Below, in pieces: positions 1 through 10,230 of a stretch of 64,000 nucleotides of DNA. Position numbers and translations under genes: made by a program. The stretch comes from the human T2T-CHM13v2.0 reference genome, Homo sapiens. The first letter of the stretch is position 1, and each line of letters starts with the position of its first letter. A model generated the notes under the pieces. It did not search any database, was not told where the DNA came from, and worked only from the letters and a program-made list of their open reading frames with translations. Location of the stretch: the NCBI GenBank assembly GCA_009914755.4, contig CP068257.2:43712001-43776000 (forward strand), given 5' to 3'.

Positions 1-135
1 GTTAGACGTCCCTGGAGGGGTGTGTCGCTTCCAGCTGGATTTTCAACACAGGGAATTGGTTAGACGTCCCTGGCGGGGTGTGTCGCTTCCCACTGGATTT
101 TCAACGCAGGGAATTGGTTAGACGTCCCTGGCGGG
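1..135. repeat. 60-bp tandem repeat, ~2.3 copies, truncated by the window start
   Basis: The unit gttagacgtccctgg(a/c)ggggtgtgtcgcttcc(a/c)(gc)tggattttcaac(a/g)cagggaattg repeats at 1, 61 and 121 with a few substitutions. Confidence 0.8.
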
Positions 136-204
136 GTGTGTAGCAGGATAAGAGGAGCCACGCAGAAATATCGGGCTGCAGTCTCTAATTGGGTTGCTGA
201 TAAT

Positions 205-545
205 AATATTTGTATTCTTTTTTTTTTTTGGCTGTTGTTGTTGTTTTTTGTTTTTGTTTTTGAGACAGAGCCTCGCTCTGTCGTCCAGGCTGGAGTGCAG
301 CAGTGCAGTCTCAGCTCGCTGCCGTCTCCGCCTCCCAGGTTCAAGCCATTCTCGTGCCTCAGCCTCCCCAAAAGCTGGGATTACGGGCACCCGCCACCAC
401 GCCTGGCTAATTTGTGTATTTTTAGTGGAGACAGGGTTTCACCATGTTGGCCAGGCAAGTCTCAAACTCCTGACGTCATGTGATCCACCCGCCTCAGCCT
501 CCCAAAGTGCTGGCATTACAGGCGTGAGCCACCGCGCCAGGCCTG
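205..545 (-). mobile_element. Alu SINE, antisense, with poly-T head
   Basis: A (T)n run is followed by gagacagagcctcgctctgtcgtccaggctggagtgcag ... gcctcccaaagtgctggcattacaggcgtgagccaccgcgccaggcc, which is the reverse complement of the Alu consensus. Confidence 0.9.
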
Positions 546-549
546 TTGG

Positions 550-840
<291 letters not shown>

Positions 841-1774
841 TAATATTGGTATTCTTATTTTAAACTAGAATATATACAGTTTCAAATAAAGCAAATGAAG
901 ACAAAACATGTTAATACCATCAGGGGCCAAGATTTTCGGGGTTAGAGAAAAAAGCATACAAGTATAAAGTCAAAGAAGTTGAAGAAACTCTCCAGTTTGA
1001 ATAGGAGGCACCTGTGTAAGCTCTTGAACTCATGCCATATGTTTGTTTCATAAAAATACATTTTTTCTGCTGTGTCATCTGGAATTGCCCAGAAGCAAAG
1101 ACGACTCAGGAGCCACAGTCCCCGGCACCCAGGCTGGCTCTGAGCCCCTCTCCCCACTCACCTGAACCAGGACTCTGGGAAGTGACTGAGCGCGGGCTGG
1201 GCAGCGGCACAGGGAGCTGCTGGAAGCCCAGGAGGCATCAGCAAGTGCAGTGTCACCCGCCACGCCGGCGTCCCCCTGTCGAGAGGGCAGCCCCCAGCTT
1301 GAAGGGCTCCCAGCGCCAGCCGGGGCACGACAGGCATCGAACAGACTAATGGTATAGTGATGGTAGAAAACATCAAATGTTTGAAACTCTGTGAATTTAT
1401 CAAACCGCTTTCAAAACCTCCTGTCCCTCTCGGATGCTGTTAGGGCGCCAAGCCGTGATGCTGCGAACTGGCAAATAGGGGGAGGTAGAAAGCACGTGTC
1501 CCGGCTTTCCTGCGGGAACTTTCTCACCCAGCCGAGCAGCTCACGGGAGAAAGCTCTTTCCAGAGGATCTCCAGCGAGTAAACGCAGAAGGAGTGATGGG
1601 ATCCGAAGATCACCGTTTTGCAAACCTTCAGGAAACGCCAGAGGTGAGCCACTGCCACGAGAGGGTCTGAGCCGTCAGGGCGGGAGTAGGGTAACACAGG
1701 GAAACCGAGTCCCTACAAGGAGAGAGCCGGCTTGAGACCACAGTTAGGGCCTGAGCCGAGGCAGCCTCCTGCTG

Positions 1775-1925
1775 TATTGAGCTCTAAGGCGGTCCAAAAA
1801 CTCCCTCTGCGGGGCCACCCTCTGCAGCAGCACAGGCTGGAGGGGGTGCCAGCATCCTGCCCTCCAGGGATCCCAGGACCAGGGGCAGGAGTACCCAGTC
1901 CTCCTCTGGGGACCTGTGTGACCAG
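1775..1925. repeat. Low-copy direct repeat, copy 1 (partner at 2628-2790)
   Basis: The stretch ctctgcggggccaccctctgcagcagcacaggctggagggggtgccagcatcctgccctccagggatcccagg is ~85% identical to 2650-2790. Confidence 0.55.
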
Positions 1926-2627
1926 GCTGACCATCCCCAGAAGAGAGGCACCAGGACGCCCTGTGCCCCCACAAGATGCCAAGGGCAGAGGCCAGCACTG
2001 CCTGGCAACCCCAAGGCTGGAGGAAATGCAGGGAGGAGCTCATCAAATCCGGCCAGGCAGCAGCAGCAGCAGCCCGAGAGTGGGCATCCCATGGGACGAA
2101 CGGCCCGGGATCCACACGCAGATGCCCAGAAAGCGAGAGGACAGAGGGCGCGGGGCGGGAAGACGCGCCTCGGCCGGGGCAGCAAGGAAAAGACGTTACA
2201 ACAGCCGTTTTCAGTCAGGGAAATGTGAACAGGCTGAATATTTAGGGATCCATTGTGATGATTATATTGTGACTGTGTTTTCTAAAAAGGAGAGATATTT
2301 TATCTGCTGGGGGCACATACCACAGTATTTATGGACACAGTGATAGGACGTCTTCATTTCATTTCAAATACCCCATGGGAGGATTTATGAGGCTAGAGGG
2401 AGGCTGGCTATCACTGAAGCTTGGTGATGCATTAATGGATTCATCTTCCTAATAAAAAGTTATAAAATTATGTAAGAGTGGATAAAAGAAGGACATTAAA
2501 CAAAGGAAGTAAAAGGAAATCTCCTTACTGGCGGAGTCCCTGGGTGGTCTGTCTGATTCCAGCTGATACATAATCGTTACTGAAGGTCATAGGTCAGGCT
2601 GCTGGGAGTCTCAGGCTCCAAGGGCTG

Positions 2628-2790
2628 AGGGCGGGGGCTCCAAGGCGGTCTGCAGACCCCCTCTGTGGGGTGACCCTCTGCAGCAGCACAGGCTAGAGGG
2701 GTCCTAGCATCCTGTCCGCCAGGATCCCAGTACCTGGAGTGGGAGGGCCCAGCCCTCCTCTGGGTTCTCCTGGGGGCCGAGGAGTTGGGC
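2628..2790. repeat. Low-copy direct repeat, copy 2
   Basis: The stretch ctctgtggggtgaccctctgcagcagcacaggctagaggggtcctagcatcctgtccgccaggatcccag matches 1775-1925. Confidence 0.55.
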
Positions 2791-2889
2791 CCAGGGCATT
2801 GTCGGGACACCAGGCCCTCCCATCGTCGGCTTCCTATGAACGCTTAGGCCAGGCCAGGGCAGAACAGTGGGTGAGGGCCTGTGTCTGGG

Positions 2890-3010
2890 GCCTGTGTCTG
2901 GGGCCAGGCTGCCTGACTCCCAACCTCTTCTCTCCCCTTCCTGCTGTACAACCCTGGGCAAGTTAGTGACTTTGCTGGATCTCAAAGTCCTCATCTGTAA
3001 GACGAGCATC
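2890..3010 (+). mobile_element. MIR SINE core fragment
   Basis: The sequence ccctgggcaagttagtgactttgctggatctcaaagtcctcatctgtaagacgag resembles the MIR core (tgggcaagtcacttaacctctctgagcctcagtttcctcatctgtaaaatgg). Confidence 0.45.
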
Positions 3011-3424
3011 ATGCTGTGGGTGTGAGGAACCAATGGGAGCACGGCCGGCTGGCGGCACCTGCCCGGTGCATGGATCCAGGGTGGCTGGAACCCAATTCCA
3101 CATTAACCTGGGGTCTGGCAGCCAGAACCACCAGTCTCTGGGAGACGACTGCCCGGGTCCCCAGCAGGCCAGAGTCAGGCCCTGTCTGGGTCCCCACAGC
3201 CCCCATGCCCGTGCTGTAAACCAGCCTCAGGGGCTGGGGAGGAGGAGTATTCCCAGCCATTTCCCAGGCAGAAGCCTTGGTGCTTCTGCTCTAATTAGGG
3301 CTGGGGGAGGGGACCTGGGGTCATCATCTCCAAGGTCAGTGGTCACCACATTCCAGGAATCACCACCAGCATTGGCCTCAAACTCCTCAGCACCAATTGA
3401 CATAAAATCCATGGGAATTCAGCT

Positions 3425-3730
3425 GAAGCTTCACGCCTACAATCCCAGCACTGTGGGAGGCCAAGGTGGGAGGATCGCTTGAGCCCCTGAGTTTGAGACC
3501 AGCCCAAGCAACACAGTGATACCCCAGCTCTACAAAAAGTACAAAAAACAATTAGCTGAGGGTGGTGGCACGTGCCTGTAGTCCCAGCTACTCAGGAGGC
3601 TGAGGCAAGAGGATTGTTTAAGGCCAGGAGTTCAAGGCTGCAGTGAGATATGATCGTGCCACCACACTGCAGCCTGGATGACAGAGCAAGACTCTGTCTC
3701 TAAAAACAAAACAAATGAACAAAAAATCCA
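3425..3730 (+). mobile_element. Alu SINE, sense, 5'-truncated
   Basis: The sequence runs cacgcctacaatcccagcactgtgggaggccaaggtgggaggatcgcttgagcc ... actctgtctctaaaaacaaaacaaa. Confidence 0.9.
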
Positions 3731-4179
3731 TGGAAATTCCCTCAGAGCCAGAAAATTGCTTCCAGCCTTTGGGAACGGAGTGTGGTTTGAGCTGCACTGA
3801 CTGGGCACGGTGGGCCCCACTCTGGGAAGAGAGGTTTCTTTCTGCAGCTTGATCACCCCAGTGGACTAATGAGGCGAGCTGTTCCCAGGAAGTGTGCTTT
3901 ACGTAACTGCTGGTAATGAGACTGGTGGGGCCGTGCGTGTGTGTGCGTGTGCGTGCTCGTGACTCTGGAAGCCTTCAAGCTGCCAGCATTCATCCGTCTT
4001 CTCTAATGAGCCTCATGGGAACATTATCGCCCTGGAGGAAGGAGAAAGCGGGGCTGGGCTCTCTCGCCGGCAGCTCTGCTCCAGAACTGGAAGAACTTAC
4101 TGCTGTCAGGGACACTCCAGAGCTCCTGCCTCTGCTCATTCCTACATCACTCAAGTGAACAGCTCCTGAATTTAAAGAG

Positions 4180-4880
4180 GCACATGTACACATGCACAAG
4201 CATTCACACATGCACAAGCATTCACACATGCACATGGGCCACACACATATATGCGCACATGCATTCACGTGTGTACACACCACATGCATGTCCATAGGCA
4301 CACATCCTCACATGCTATATATTGCACATGTACATGCATTCACACAGGCACACACCACATGTATGTGCACAGAGAGCTGCATCACACAGCACATGTGTAT
4401 ATAGACTCATGTACCACACACATTACATGCATGTGCACACAAACGTATCACACAACACACATGCATATAAATTTGCACCACACACCACACCACACATATG
4501 CATACAGACATGCGCCCCATGCCACACATGTACGTGCACACAAACATGTATCACACAGCACATGTGCATATAGTCAGCACCACACACATCACACACATGT
4601 GTATACATATCACACATAGACTTACACATGTGCAATGCATTCCCACACACACCATGTACATTCATATACCCACATGCATCACACACACTGCCACATATAC
4701 ACGTGTGTTGCATATGTGTGCACATGTACCACATATACCGCATACGTGTGCATGGGTGCATGCCACACACACACACACACCATGTACCTGTGTGTAGGTG
4801 CATGCACTCACATATACCATAGCTATGTACACACACAATTCGTATGTACACATATCTGCACATAGACCTGCATTTACATA
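4180..4880. repeat. ~700-bp CA/TG-rich cryptic simple repeat (cacacatgcac / catgtgtg motifs)
   Basis: Continuous degenerate (CA)n, (CACATG)n and (CATGCACA)n runs are present. ORFs on both strands are His/Thr/Cys-rich as a result. Confidence 0.85.
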
Positions 4881-5237
4881 TATACCTGCCATAGAAGCCA
4901 GATGTGAGAATGAAAACCTCAGAACCCAGAAGCCGTTGTGAGAGGAGTGTGGTGATCAGGAGATGGACTGGGGCTGGGAGAAAGCCCCTCCCACGGGCTG
5001 CAGTGCTCGGGACTTACAGAAGACCCCAGGGTAAGGGACAAGCTGAGCAGCTGATGCTGGAGGCAAAGCTGAGGTGGGCAGCACGGCCCCCCAGGGCCGC
5101 CTCGGTCCCAGCGCCGACCGCGAGTCTGTCCTCCAGCTGCCTCGTTCACTGGGCTTGAGTCGACAAGAACCTGCCAGGGAGGGTGGCAGGACCACGAGGC
5201 TGGGGGGCCTCAGAGTTTGCCCTGCAATGACAAGACC

Positions 5238-5392
5238 CAGAATGGGGGAAGGGCCTCCGCACACCTGGGGCTCCGCGGGGACCAGGACGTGGTGGCGGCC
5301 GGATCCCAGGATGGGGGGGAAGGGCCTCCGCCTACCTGGGGCTCAGCGGGGACCAGGACATGGTGGCGGCCGGATGGACCCCAAAAACAGAG
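5238..5392. repeat. ~63-bp tandem repeat, ~2.4 copies
   Basis: The unit gggaagggcctccgc(a/c)cacctggggctc(c/a)gcggggaccaggac(g/a)tggtggcggccggat occurs twice, followed by a partial third copy. Confidence 0.65.
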
Positions 5393-6141
5393 CAAGACTG
5401 ACGGAGAGCGTGGATCAGGGAGGTTCTGCACCAGCTCTTCGCACAATGAGGAAAGATCTTGCTGCTACAAAATAGAAGGAACTCAGCAAACAACCTCTCT
5501 GAGTGGTGGGTAAAGATGCCCACGCCCTGGCATATGTGGTACTAGAACCTCATGCTGTACAGGCGTTCCGCTCCGCTGAGGGCCTCCTGGACACCTTGAG
5601 TTTGAGGCCAGCAGAGGCCTGGCCTTGCTGCCTACCCACCTGCCTGGCCACTTGTCCACCGACAGCGTGGCCTGGGCCCTGGCAGTGGAACAGGGAGGCA
5701 TCCCTAGTTTCCCCTCTGGCTCCGGGGTCTGAGTGGGGAGCCCCTGGTGTGGGGATGTGTTCATCCTCAGCTCTGCACCAGCCCCCACAGGCCCCAGGGT
5801 TAACCTGGGCCCACAGTTTCTAGGAAAGAGGGGCACGGGCTGAGGATGCAGGGCCCACCCTTCCTGTGGGGGCCAGAGGGCTCCTCTGCCTCTCCCAGGA
5901 CCACTTCCTTCCTCCCACATGGATGACCCGGGGGTCCAACCCTGGAAAATCTGAGCAGCTTGGCTGTGGTTCAACCTCCTCTTTCCACTAGCCTGCACCT
6001 GGGACCCACTTCCTGCCGGCTGCCACTGCTGGCAGGTCCAGGGCAGCCCTGGCCATTGGTCAGCCCTGCAGCCAGCAGCCCACACAGAAACCACGCTGCC
6101 TCCAGCTTGGACCTCAGCATGCGGGGAGCTGTGGGGGCCTA

Positions 6142-6680
<539 letters not shown>

Positions 6681-6875
6681 TCACCCCGCCAGCCCCTCCT
6701 CGGCCTCCTCCGGCTCTGGCTTCAAGGCTTTATCCCTGGTGCTCACAATCAGCCCCCCGCCCAGCAGTTACCTCCATCCAGGCACACACGGCCCTCGTTC
6801 CCCTCTCTGCCCGTGGGGCGCCTCCACAGATGGCTGGAGGACCCATGCAGACCCTCGGCTTGGTAGCCTGCTGCC

Positions 6876-6946
6876 CATTCCTGTGCCCACAGCCGGGGCT
6901 CCTGTGCCCACAGCCGGGGCTCCTGTGCCCACAGCCGGGGCGGCCT
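6876..6946. repeat. 21-bp tandem repeat, ~3 copies
   Basis: The unit cccacagccggggctcctgtg repeats three times. This produces the ORF repeat PVPTAGAPVPTAGAPVPTAGA. Confidence 0.7.
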
Positions 6947-7184
6947 GACCTCGCAGCACAGGGTGTCAGCCGGGAGGATGCGGGGGAGGCGGCTGCCCAG
7001 CCTCCTGTGATCCCGGCAGGTCCTGGCCCTGCACTGGGCCCGGTTTCACCACCTGTCAGCCTCAGGGTAGGATTTTATGCAGAGTCACGCAGTTTACACA
7101 CAAACACACACACGCTGGTATACACACGTATGTGCACACACATGCACAGGCAAGCATATACATATACATGCCGTTATAGATTGA

Positions 7185-7525
7185 ACTGTGTCTCTCCCAA
7201 ATTCACATGTTGGAGTCCTAACCCCCAGGATCTGTGAATAAACTTATCTGGAGATAGCATCTGCAGTTAATCAAGTACAAATGAGGTAATTAGGGTGTGT
7301 TTGTGTGTCTTTTAAAGGGGGAGGTCTGGACACCGTGTGGAGACAGCTGTGGGATGCATCTGCACACTGAGGAGCCATGATGGCTGTGGGACGCCCAGAA
7401 GCTGGGGGAGGCCTGGAGCAGCCTCTCCCTTACAGCCTCAGGGGGAATCAGCCTGCTGTGAGATAATAAATGTCTGTTGTTTTAAGCCCCCAGTGTGTGG
7501 TGGCTTATTGTGACAGACCTAGCAA
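7185..7525 (+). mobile_element. ERVL-MaLR-type solitary LTR (family assignment tentative)
   Basis: The 5' motif ctcccaaattcacatgttggagtcctaacccccagg and the 3' motif ctgtgagataataaatgtctgttgttttaagcccccagtgtgtggtggcttattgtgacagacctagcaaactg are typical of a high-copy MaLR-like LTR family. Confidence 0.5.
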
Positions 7526-7531
7526 ACTGTG

Positions 7532-8050
7532 TACACAGACACAGGCACACAGGCAAAGGCACAGGCACACAGACACATACACACAGACACAGGCACACAG
7601 ACACAGGTACACAGGCACAGGCACATAGGCACATACACAGAGGCCCAGACACACAGACACAGGCACACAGACACACAGGCACACAGGCATAGGCACACAG
7701 GCACACAGGCACATACACAGAGGCCCAGACACACAGACACAGGCACACAGACACACAGGCACACAGGCATAGGCACACAGGCACACAGGCACATACACAC
7801 AGGTACATATACACAGGCACAGGCACACAGGCCCAAACACACAGACACAGGCACACAGGCACATACACACAGACACAGGCACACAGACACACAGGCACAC
7901 AGACATAGGCACACAGGCACACAGACATAGGCACACAGACACAGGCACACAGGCAAAGGCACAGGCACATAGGCACCTACACAGAGGTACAGGCGCACAG
8001 ACACAGGCACACAGGCACGTACACAGGTACAGGCACACAGGTGCACACAA
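7532..8050. repeat. Minisatellite with ~16-bp unit (cacaggcacacagaca type), ~32 copies
   Basis: Variants of acaggcacacag(a/g)cac repeat continuously for ~520 bp. The minus-strand ORFs are Cys-rich artefacts of this array. Confidence 0.9.
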
Positions 8051-8374
8051 CTCACCCGTAGTCAGTAGCATCAACTTTAAAGTCCAGCATAGCAGGGCTC
8101 AGGACCTGGCTGGACCATATTCCATCTGTTCGACCTTGAAAAGGTAATTTAATGATTCTGAGCTTCAGTTTTCTCACCTGAAAACTAGGAATCATAATAG
8201 TCTCTTCTTCATAGGGTTGTTGCAAGAAGCCGGGACATTTTGCCCTGGGTTTGGCATGAGGGGCTGCAGTGTCTCCTGTACATGCTTTAAATATTTTTTA
8301 AAGTCTCAACTATTTGTACACTAAACAACACACGTCTAAATAATGTGTGGGTCAAGAAGAAATCGCATGCCAGG

Positions 8375-8490
8375 CAAGGTGGCTCTCGCCCATCGCCCCA
8401 GCTACTCGGGAGGCTGAGGTGGGAGGATTGCTTAAACCCAGGAGTCCATCAGCCTGGGCAATGTAGCAAGACTTAGCCACAAAAAAAAAC
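8375..8490 (+). mobile_element. Alu fragment (right-arm / monomer-like) with A-tail
   Basis: The sequence is gctactcgggaggctgaggtgggaggattgcttaaacccaggagtcc ... gcctgggcaatgtagcaagacttagccacaaaaaaaaa. Confidence 0.6.
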
Positions 8491-9170
8491 TTTTAAAGAA
8501 GAAATCTTGAAGAAAATATTTTGAATTGAATCATCATGAAAATGCAGAATGTAAGAATTTGTGGAAATGCAGGCAAAGGGTGCTTAGAGGGAAATTTATA
8601 GCTTTAAATACTTAGATTAGAAACAAAAAAAGGCTTAACATCAATAATATAAGTTTCCAATATAAGTAGCATAAAAGAGATAAGCAAATTAAACCCAAAA
8701 AGTAGAAAATAAATAATGAAAGTAGTAGCAGAAATTATTGAAATACAAAACAGATAAAAAGATCAACAAACCCAAAATTGATTTTTTTAGTTGTTAAAAT
8801 TGTTATCTGTCAAGCAAGATCGATTTAAAAAAGAGAGAGAAGACACAAATTGCCAATATCTAGACTGAAAGAAAGAATATCAATGTGGATCCTTGAGACA
8901 GCACAGGATAATAATAAAACTTTATGAGCAACTTTGTCAGTAAATTTAACAACGTTGGGTGACACAAATTTCTGAAAAACACAACTTACCAAAATCAGCA
9001 TGAAATGAAATAGAAAATCTGGATAGCCTTATGTCTACTTTTAATAACTGAATTCGTTATCAAACTCCTTCCACAAAGAAAACTGCACGCCCTGGTGGTT
9101 TTATGGTGAGTTGTATCAAATACGTAGGGAAGAAATAATGCTGATCTTTCACAAACTCATTCAGAAAACA
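8490..9170 (+). mobile_element. Old L1 (L1M/L1P-like) ORF2 fragment, sense
   Basis: The stretch agggaaatttatagctttaaatacttagattagaaac ... is collinear with L1 ORF2. It covers the endonuclease/RT linker through the SLPTKKSPGPDGF region, and the translation gives LPTKKTARPGGF. Confidence 0.65.
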
Positions 9171-9171
9171 G

Positions 9172-9590
9172 AAGAAGGGAGAACGTCTGCCATGGCCTGA
9201 ATTTGCCCCCTCCCTGCTGCCAAAATTCATACCCTAACCCCAGCATCTCAGAAGGTGACTGTATTTGGAGAGGGGATCTTTACAGAGGTCATTAAGTTAA
9301 AATGTGGTCATTAGGGTTGCCCTGGCCCAGTCTGCTGGCGTCCTCGTAAGAAGAGCAGATGAGGGCACGGACACACACAGAGGGACGGCCCTGTGAGGAC
9401 ACAGGGAGAAGATGGTGTCTGCAAGCCAAGGAGAGACCCCAGGCACCAGCCCTGCCCCTCCTTGATCTCAGACCCCAGGCTCCGGGACTGTGAGAAGGAA
9501 GTGCCTGTTCGAGCCACCAGTTCTGCGCATTCTTAAGGCAGCCCAAACAAACTAATAAAATCCCTAGTGCGTTGTACCAGGCGGATGTAA
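9172..9590 (+). mobile_element. ERVL-MaLR-type LTR copy inserted in or adjacent to L1
   Basis: The sequence runs cctgaatttgccccctccctgctgccaaaattcataccctaaccccagcatctcagaaggtgactgtatttggagaggggatctttacagaggtcattaag ... ctgtgaggacacagggagaagatggtgtctgcaagccaaggagagacccc ... ctgtgagaagg. Confidence 0.5.
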
Positions 9591-9599
9591 GCCTGAGAC

Positions 9600-9990
9600 G
9601 ACACCTGACAAAGACATTATGATAAAACACAATTGGGGAACGTCCCGCACATCAACACAGACACAAAACACTCAACCAGATGTTAGCAATCACGGCCAGC
9701 AAGGGAAGTAAATGTTACACCACGACCAAACGTGCTTCCGCCAGGAATGCAAGAGCCGTTTACTGTTTGAGCATCAATCAGTGTCATTCACAGAAGCAGA
9801 AAACATGATCATTCAATAAATGCAGAGAAATCATTCAACAAAAAAGCAACACCCATTATCACAGATAAGAACTCGAGACAGGCTAAGAACAAAGTGAAAC
9901 TTTCTCCATATGATATGGCCACGTATGAGGAGCCTACAGCTAAAATCAGATGTGATGGTGGAATGCCGACCTTACACAAACTCATTCAGA
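9600..9990 (+). mobile_element. Old L1 ORF2 reverse-transcriptase fragment, sense
   Basis: The translation is collinear with L1 ORF2 in three places. IPGMQGWFN is encoded by ccaggaatgcaagagccgttt. The L1 peptide IDAEKAFDKIQHP matches the local INAEKSFNKKQHP. The local acaaactcattcagaagacagaggaag matches FPLKTGTRQG. Confidence 0.65.
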
Positions 9991-9994
9991 AGAC

Positions 9995-10230
9995 AGAGGA
10001 AGAGGGGAGAATTCCTGCTCTGTCCTGAATTTGCCCCACTCCCTACTGCCAAAATTCACATCCTAACCCCAGCATCTTGGAAGGTGACTGTATCTGGAGA
10101 ATGGGATCTTTACAGAGGTAATCAAGTGAAAATGTGGCCATTGGGGTGGGCCTCCCTAACAGTGTCCCTCTCACTCTGTGAACGGGGTGAGGCTGTCTGC
10201 CTGGCCACTTCTGTTCAATGCCGTACTGGA
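9995..10230 (+). mobile_element. Partial second copy of the same MaLR-type LTR (5' part)
   Basis: The stretch cctgaatttgccccactccctactgccaaaattcacatcctaaccccagcatcttggaaggtgactgtatctggagaatgggatctttacagaggtaatcaagtg is ~90% identical to 9185-9300. Confidence 0.4.

Noticed and set aside
7482-8074. Cys-rich ORFs (C-x-C-x repeats, 164-189 aa) on the minus strand and His/Thr-rich ORFs on the plus strand, resembling metallothionein or keratin-associated proteins. Similar H/T/C-rich ORFs occur at 4190-4890.
   Set aside because: They are direct translations of the (cacaggcacacagaca)n minisatellite and the CA/TG cryptic repeat. Both strands and several frames give equally long ORFs, which is the signature of a repeat and not a gene.
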